NCBI GenBank assembly: GCA_051294375.1
Contig: CM119268.1
Span: forward strand, 740,324-793,969
DNA: 53,646 nucleotides
Origin: Paraspadella gotoi
Lineage: Eukaryota > Animalia > Chaetognatha
Direction: 5' to 3'
Part shown: positions 45,655-53,646 of the stretch, piece after piece
Layout of the letters: every line of letters starts with the position of its first letter
How positions within the stretch are numbered: the first letter of the stretch is position 1
Made by a program: the position numbers and the translations under genes
Notes under the pieces: model-generated
What the model was told of the DNA's origin: nothing
Databases searched by the model: none
Seen by the model: only the letters and a program-made list of their open reading frames with translations

Positions 45655-47700
45655 CACACCCCCCAGTCTTTCCTCCCCTTCTCTTCTCCATTCCAACGCT
45701 CCAGCTTCCTTTCCCCTTTCTCTGTCCCCCATCAGTCCTTTTCCTTCCCTTCTTCCTTCCCCTCCAGTCTTTCCTCCTCTCATTCTTTTTCCCACCCCAC
45801 TTAAAAGTCTTCCACCTGTACCTCTCTTTTCTTTTCCCCGCGAGTCTTTCCTTCGCCCCTTCATCTTCCCCCTCCAGTCCTTCCCTTCCTCCCTTCTTCT
45901 TCCCCCCAGTTCTTTCCTCTCCCTTCTTCTTCCCAGTTCCTTTCCACCCCTCTTTTTTTTCTCCTTCCAGCTCCTTCCCCTCCTCATTCCTTCTTCTGCC
46001 CCCAGTTCTTTCCTCCTCTTCTTTCTTTTTTTCCCCCAGTCTTTCCTCTCCCTTCCCTTCTTCCCCCAGTCTTTTCCTCCCTTCTTCTTCTTTGCCCCCA
46101 GCTTTTCCTCCATTCTTTTTCCCCCCGCAGTTCTTTCCTCCTTTTCTTCTTTCCCCCAGTCTTTTCCCTCTCCTTCTTCTTCCCCCTCTCAGTCTTCCTC
46201 TTCTCCCCGCTTCCATCCTTCCCCCTTCTCTATCCCTTCTTTCCTTCCTCTTCTTCCCCGCCAGTCTTTCCTCGCCCTTTCCCGCCTCCTAGTCTTCCTC
46301 CCCCCAATCTTCCCCCCGTCTCGTCACTCTTCTTCTTTCCCCCCAGTCTTCCTCCCCTTCTTCCTTCCTCCCACAGTCTTTCCCTCCCTTCTTCTTTCTT
46401 CCCCCAGTTCTTTCCCCCTTCTTTTCCTCCCTTCCAGTCCTTCCTCCCCTTCCGATTTTCGCTTTCGCTTCTTCTCCAAGTCTGTTTCCTCAGCTCTTCT
46501 ATCCAGTCTTTGCGCTCCCGCTTTTAGCGCGTCTTCTCACCCTTGCTTACTATCAACCGGCCTCCAGTCTTTTCCTCCCCTTCTTCTTCCCTTCCGCATC
46601 CTCCTCTTCTCACAGTCTTTCCCTCCTCCTTCTCTTTCCCTCCAGTCTTTCCTCCCCATTCATCTTCTTCCCCCCAAGTCTTTTCTCCTCCGTTCTTTCC
46701 CCCAAGTCTTTCTCCCCCTTCTTCTTCCCCCATCTTTCCTCCCCTTCCTACTCGCCCTTTCCACTTCTTCATCCACCCATTTCCTCTCCTCCCCTTCTTC
46801 TTCTTTTTCGCCCCCAGTCTTATCCTCCGTCTTCTTCTTTCCCCCCAGTCTTTCCTCCCCTTCTTTTTTCCGCCCGTCCCATGTCTCCTCCCCTTCTTCC
46901 TTCCCCCCCAGTCTTTCTCCCCTTCTTTTCTTCTTCCCTCCAGTCTTTCGCTCCCCTTCTTCTTCCCCACCTCCTTTCCGCTCCATTTCTTCTTCCCTTC
47001 TTCTCAGTCTTTCCTCCTCTCTTCTTTCCATCTTCCTCCCTTCCTCCCTTCAGTCCCTTCCTCTCCTAGCTTGCTTCCCTTAGTCCTCTCTACTCCCTAG
47101 TCCTTTTCCCCTCCCCTTTTCGGTTCTTCACGTTCCAGCTTACCCGTCTTCCCCAGTCTTTCGCTCCCTTCTATTCTTCCCCTTCCAGTCCTTCTCCCCT
47201 ATCTTCTTCGCCTCCCAGTCTTTCTCACCCATTTTCTTCCCCGTTCCGTCCATTCACCGCCTTCTTCTTCCCCCCGGTGCTTGTCCTCCCTAATTAATCT
47301 TCGCCATGCTATCTTCCCCCTTTCCCCCAGTCTCCTTTCCCCTTCTTCCTCTCGCCCCTCCAGTTTTCCCTCCTCTCCCTTTCTTTTGTCCCCCACAGTC
47401 TTTTTCCCTCTTCTTTCTCACCCGCTCCAGTCTTTCCTCTGTCCCCTTCTTCTTCCCTGCCCAGTGTCTTTTCCTCCCCTTCTTCTTCCCCACTCAGTCT
47501 TTTCCTCCCCTCCTCTTTACCCTTCCCACTCTCCACACTTCCTTCCCCTCCAGTCTCCTCTTCTTCTTCCCCAGTCTTTCCCCCCCCTTCTTCTTCCCTT
47601 CCAGTCCTTCCTCCCCTTCTTCTTCTCTCCCCAGTCTTTCCGCCCCTTCTTCTTCCCCAGTCTTTCTTTCCCCTTCTTCCGCGCCCCAAGTCCTTTCTTT
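45655..47700 (+). repeat. About 2-kb pyrimidine-rich degenerate minisatellite (CCCCAGTCTTTCCTCCCCTTCTTCTT-like unit)
   Basis: CCAGTCTTT anchor recurs roughly every 20-40 bp; source of many spurious ORFs. Confidence 0.85.
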
Positions 47701-50700
47701 CCACTGAATTTTGGTCACTCTCGCTCTCTCTCTTGCTCTTCTTCCCTCTCTCATCTTCATTCTTTTTTTGCTACTGTCTATAAACTTACTCCATTTGGCC
47801 GTGAAGATGTGATCTGTCCAATGGAATCGAAATATTGGTCATAAATACAAAATACTGTTACCTGTACTCCGCATGTGTAATCTCTATTAAATCTAATTAA
47901 ATAATAATAATAATTAATAATAATCATGAAATAATAATAATAATAATAATAATATAATAATAATAAAAAACTCGTAAGTAGAAAGTTTCGGCTTTATGTT
48001 ATCAGACAGGGTGGAAGTTTTATCCAAGGAATCGGCGACGTTTACGTTCACTGAGAAATTTAAGTTGTGTTTGCAAATTTTGCCCCCGTGATTTTTTGGG
48101 GCCTTCTTTGTTACTTTTTAGTTCCTCATGTCAAAATTTTTCTAAGCAAGTTCAGATGTTAAAAAATAATGTTTTTTGATTACTAGCTTATATTAGACGC
48201 AAACCTCTCTCAAATTAAATTATAGTTATCACCTTATGTTTATGTTTATAAAATATAATCTATTGAGACCCTAGTAATACTTACAGGGTGGGACCTAATA
48301 TCGGAGACCAGGAAATTTAAACAAATGTTACTCCGTAACTGCTAATCTATTAATTATTAATTAAAATCCTGAATAAGGTAGTTCGTGGGATAGGTACTCG
48401 TCGCTTCAGCTAGACGAAAATTTAATTTGCTTTGGTTGAAATTCCTTTTGATATTTATTGCTGCTTTTTGATGCACAGACGCTCGCTCGGTTTCACAGCG
48501 GCCGGCTTTTGAAAGAAAAAATGTTTTGAATACTATTTGTTTAAATCTCATTCTAATACATAAGTTTTAAAATATATTTTTGGATATATTTTAGTAATAA
48601 TATGCCTTTCTGGCCAAGGTATAACATGGTATTTTGGTTAAAAAAATTTTAAAGTAAGAGTAAGATTTGGGTTAAATTATCTGCTCTCACTGGTATTAAT
48701 TTTTATTTAAAACTTAACTTATATCAAGGGAAAGTTTATTAACGATATTGTCAGATCAATTAAATTTCACTTATGATAAGATTTATTAATGTCATAATAA
48801 AAAGCGTTAAAAAAAGGTTAAGAAGGAATACAGTCAAGTTTTGACAATTTAAGCATAATTCGTTTATTACTTTATCCGACTATTAGTTGTTTTACTTACG
48901 ACTAAAGGGTTTTTGAAAACATCCACGCGCTTGTAGTTGCTTGAATTTTTTTTTTTTTCCCATTGTATAATGTATATAAAAAGTAAAGCCCCCAAAAAAC
49001 TGTTGCCTTGGTCTAATTTATTTATTGTGTTATCAAATGTTTTAGACCACGGGCCAGCGGCGTTTAAGTCTCTCTTCTCGAATATTAGTTGGGTCCCACC
49101 GATTTACTTATATTTGTGCAAGCTCATAAAAAGTATTGACCAACGGTTACTTATTTGTTTAATTAATAAAAAGGGATTTGTCAATTGTTTCAGTCTTCGG
49201 TAAAGAAATGGACCCGGACCTCTTGACCGTGAAACAAGTTGTCGAAGCGAATGACACCGGGGCATTTTGTCATTAATAAAGACAAATACCCGCCCCTTTA
49301 ACGAAGGAATGCCGCTTTTTGGCCCGGAAGAACCGACCTTGGAGTAGCCTAGGTGGACAGAAAAAACGACATACAGACCCTCGGGAAATTCGAATCCTAA
49401 ATTTCGCCTTTTCCCAAACGTAGATTACTATTTGGATATACATTAAATATGGTACTAGGCTCCTACCCTGTTTCCCTATCTTCGGTTGGAACAAAAGGTA
49501 TATTTATGTTTACTTTACTCTCTACTCTATTTACCGCTAACACCCGGTCAGTATGATTAATATATAAATACTTAATTAAATAATTCATTGAACAAAATGT
49601 GTTTCTTACAATACACTAATCATCTTGTTTTATGTTTCTCCTACGTCCGTCCTCATCGTCGTCGTGCGGATCTTGTTTCAAGTAATCCCCAAATCAGCAA
49701 TCACTAATCATACTTTTACTCTGATCTCTTTTCCGCAACACGTTCTTCGGATATGGAGAACTATGATACAAGATTCGACGACGACGATAGAGGACGGACG
49801 AGGGCAAAAACGAGATGCATAACCGAAGAAGAGAGAAGGCGATCGAGTCGAATCGGCCAAACTTGTTCTCTCCACTTGCGCCGGGAAAACGACTTCGCTT
49901 CATATCCGACTTTTGCCCAGCGTCGACGAACTGAATCGCGTCGTCTCTGGGAGCGATGGTAAAAGTCGCTTTTTTGTTTCTTTGTTTTTTGGTTATTTCA
50001 AACAAATGTTTTCACTCGCTTAATAAAACGCTGTAGGTAATAGCGGCACGGGTTACCACGCTGGAAAAGCCCGTCGCCCGCTATCGGACCAAGTCTCCAC
50101 CCAAAATTCCTGTGACCCTCCTTTCGAATTTTCATTTTCACCTCTGAAGAGTTGATTCGGGAGGATAGGATAAAAGAGCTTAGATTTAAATTATGATTAC
50201 AGTAAAATTAACCAAACAGAGAGGTTTTGAGAAACATTGTTCGATCTGCCTACGATTAATTAAATTAATTAATAGATTAATTAATTAATTAATTCTAATT
50301 AATTATTATTAATAGGATTAAATGTAATTAAAAGAATTGATTTAAATAATAATTAATAGATTATATTAATTAAATTTTGTAATAATTTAATTATAATTTA
50401 TTATCAAGGCTTCCTTGTCATACATCGATGTCTTTACAAATTGGATGTTCCAGGAACAGTTATTTAAATGTTTGTTTACATTTAGTCACAAACAAACAAA
50501 TATCCTCCTTATTAATCGAGCCCAGGGGCGCAATGCCCGTCCTTGGCTAGATTTTGATTTCGGTTTAGCTTTTTCGGGTCACGGCCTTTTTTTGCAATCA
50601 TGGTTCTGAAAGGGAATATAGGGGAGTTGAAATTTCATATAAGTGCGCTCTAAGATCAAATTTTAAAAATTCTCATGTTCATATCAAATATATTCTGATG

Positions 50701-50844
50701 TTGTTCATTTACCCAAAACAAAAACGTTTAAATAATTATAGTCGCTCTCCTCTCTCTCTTTCATTTTAAAATATCATGATCGCGCTCTACTCCCTCTCTC
50801 TTTTCCCCGTTCAGACTGGGCTATCTATTGAATTTGTGCTAAAA

Positions 50845-51985
50845 ACGAAGTTCCGCTCTGCAGCGTCTTTCCAGTCTTCTTTTCTCTCTCTCCTCTTTCT
50901 CTCTCTCTCGTCTCTTTTTTTATTTTTTATTTTTTCTTTTTTAACTAAAAAAAATTTTTAGATATAATTGGGCTCATAAGTATAATAACGAATGCCCAAG
51001 CGAACAGGGTGCGAAAACCCGGTCCTTTTGGTAGAAGAAAGAGCTCACGCTACTCTACGCGTGCCGGACGCCAAATAGGTCAGCCTGTAGAAGCTTCTCT
51101 CATCTCTCGTCTCGGGTCTTTTTAAATTATAATATCTTGGGCTCTTTCCCGGTCTTCTTCTCTTCATCTTTTTCTCTGCAGCGGCTGTTCTCTCTCTCTC
51201 TTTTTTTCTCTGTGTGTGTTTTCTGTCCTCTCTGTCCGATCTTCTTGCGTGATCGTTTTGTTTTTTTAAAAATTTCTGAATTTTTTTTCCTTGCTAAAAC
51301 TTTTTATTATTAAACCATTTATTCCGGCGCTTTTTTTTCAATACAAAATCCCTATTTCATCCGAGATTTTTCGATGGTTTATTCTCTTTCTTTCTCTCTC
51401 TGCTCTTTCTCTCTCCCTCCTCTCTACTTCTCTCTCTCTCTCTCTCTCTCTTCCCTCCTCTCCTCTCTCTTTTTCACTCCATACACGCATTTGTTCTGTT
51501 TTATTTGACTATATCCGCATCAAATGAATGACAAATATCGCATCAAGTGAATGACTATCATCACAGGCAGTGAATGACTATCATCAGCATCAATAATTGA
51601 TTACATCGGAATCAACTAATAATTTCCTTTTATCAATTCATATATTACTATTACTCATCAATTAAGTAATTACCCTTCAATCAATTACTATTACACTCAA
51701 TAATTCGTTGACGCATGAATCATATGCGTTTTCTTCACCGCCTGGGTTTTTTCATTAATTTTCTTTTTGGAAGATGGGGTCTGGCTTCGATCTTTGAGTC
51801 CTTTTTAGATTTTTTTATATTTATGTCCTCCTCCTCTCTCTCTCTCAGCTCTCTCTCCTCTCTCTCTCTCACTCTCCTCTCTTTCTCTCTCACTCTCTCT
51901 TCTCTCTCGACTCTCTCGTCTTTCTCTCTCTCCTCTCTCTCTTTTTATGCAATAGCGACGATCCTTATGCTTTTAAGATTTTTTT
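50845..51985 (+). mobile_element. Second, noisier copy of the composite element seen at 43095-44645
   Basis: GAAGTTCCGCTCTGCAGCGTC, GATCGTTTTGTTTTTT, CATCCGAGATTTT, ATCGCATCAA units, GATCCTTATGCTTTTAAGATT. Confidence 0.55.
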
Positions 51986-53038
51986 AAACTTGCATCATTT
52001 TTTCAACTTGCATTCCCGTCAAAACATTTATATCTAGCTTCTTCAACTCACTTTCCTATTGTAAAATTATTCAACTCTGCACTGAATTATCATGAGCTTA
52101 ATAAATAAAAAGATTAAAAAAGTAAAATGTGAACCTCATATTTTTTTCAATTTACAACCTCATTTCCCCACTGGGGACGTTTCCACTTGAAAACTTTATT
52201 ATCCAAGCTTCGTCACACATTCCCCTAACCCACACACCCAAAATTCAAGCTCAAATCATCCATAACCAATTAGATTAATTAGGGAGGTATTTTATTAGTT
52301 AAAATAAGGTTAAAAAACATTAAGTAAATTTGCCGAACTTGGTAATGTTTTCCACTTAAAAACTTAATTTTCCCCACTTACCACCACGAATTCCATCCCG
52401 AAACTTTATATCCAGCTTTATCACAACCCCACTTTCCGCCCTACTCCACACCAAATTAATTTTCAATTCCAAAACCAGCCAATCAGGAAGTGTAATTGGG
52501 GAGCCCTTTTTTTGCCTAAGCATGGGAGAGGCATGGACCGGATTTGATTGACTAATATTAATTATTGATTAATTTTATTTCCTAATTGATTAATTTAACT
52601 GATTATTATTTGATTTATATACAATCCCGCAGTATACATTTAAATGTAATGCAAAAAGAACAGCATAAATAAGTTAGTTAAAACAGGTTGAGTTTTTTAT
52701 GTTGTGTTTTTCCGATTTAGAAAGAACGATCATTTCCATCTCAACTATTCCCAGTCGAACTTGAATTATCCTGTTCATCCACAACTTTCTACCCACATAC
52801 AAATTCCAGGTCCAATCAGCCCATCCACTCATCGAGCAATTGGTTGTTCCAATTAGTGAATATATTTTTTGTTTTTTTCCATTTAAACTCAATTTCCCAC
52901 TTCGGGACGATCATCCGAAACTTCATTTATTCCAAGCCNNNNNNNNNNNNNNNNNNNNNNNNNNNNNNNNNNNNNNNNNNNNNNNNNNNNNNNNNNNNNN
53001 NNNNNNNNNNNNNNNNNNNNNNNNNNNNNNNNNNNNNN

Positions 53039-53092
53039 AGGGGGTTATAGAAGTTACGGAAAGTCATCTTCAGCCCACTTAGCGCCTTATCC
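53039..53092 (+). mobile_element. SINE family 1 3' end after N gap
   Basis: AGTTACGGAAAGTCATCTTCAGCCCACTTAGCGCCTTATCC matches the tail of the 408-660 copy. Confidence 0.65.
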
Positions 53093-53646
53093 ACAGTATA
53101 TTTCCATTTTATTTTTCCTCCTATAAAAAGAACCGTGTCTAAAAAGCATGTTGAGATTGAATTTCACGAAATAATGGTTAAAATATAAAATTAAAGTCTT
53201 TTCTCAACTAATGAAGCCATTTTTGAAAAAATAATTGTAATATTTTCTTTACCATCATTGTTTAAAATTTTTTGGGGAAAATGCTTTAAAAGGGGCTTGA
53301 AAAGTATTTGGTCAATCAAGATGAAATTTAGCATACACTGTTAACCCATCTACCTTTATTGATTCATGCCATAACAAAAATTATTGATAACTATTTTGTG
53401 CATAATTTACTTTTTAAAAGAATCTGTACAGGATTTATCCTCCAGGATGTGACTACACTATTTTTAAAAAAAAATTATACTTAATTACAAAGAGCACCTA
53501 GTTGTGAATATAATTTGTTGGGAAATTTTTAGGTTACCTCTACAACTCCATTGATAATACCATCAATGCAGTGGATTGTACCTTATCCAGCAAGTTGTGG
53601 ATGCTATTGTGGACCCGATAGATGTAATAGAGGCTTGAAATTTTAA

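Noticed and set aside
45560-47844. 507-aa and overlapping long ORFs
   Set aside because: Translations of a stop-poor C/T minisatellite with no domain content.

Overview
AT-rich eukaryotic (invertebrate animal-like) genomic DNA with GT-AG introns, so most of the supplied ORF track is low-complexity artefact. I read four spliced loci by hand. (1) An SLC16/monocarboxylate-type MFS transporter on the minus strand (about 747-13151) has two homologous first coding exons. (2) Head-to-head with it is a 21-exon DNAI3/WDR63 dynein intermediate-chain gene (14314-37838, +) preceded by an RFX X-box. (3) Two tandem METTL27-like methyltransferase genes are nested antisense in DNAI3 intron 8. (4) An SSUH2-like zinc-finger gene lies tail-to-tail with DNAI3. 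The most novel signal is non-coding: two different tRNA-headed SINE-like families carry, right after the head, a circularly permuted twister-ribozyme-like fold with covarying helices. Also present are Penelope-type minimal hammerheads, a TSD-flanked tailless tRNA-Leu retrocopy, a 61-bp minisatellite built from a DNAI3 exon end plus its splice donor, a hAT-like element and several satellites. 25-N gaps, near-identical duplications and scattered single-base indels suggest error-prone long-read gap filling, so frameshifts may be artefacts. Gene names rest on recalled family motifs, not on a database search.
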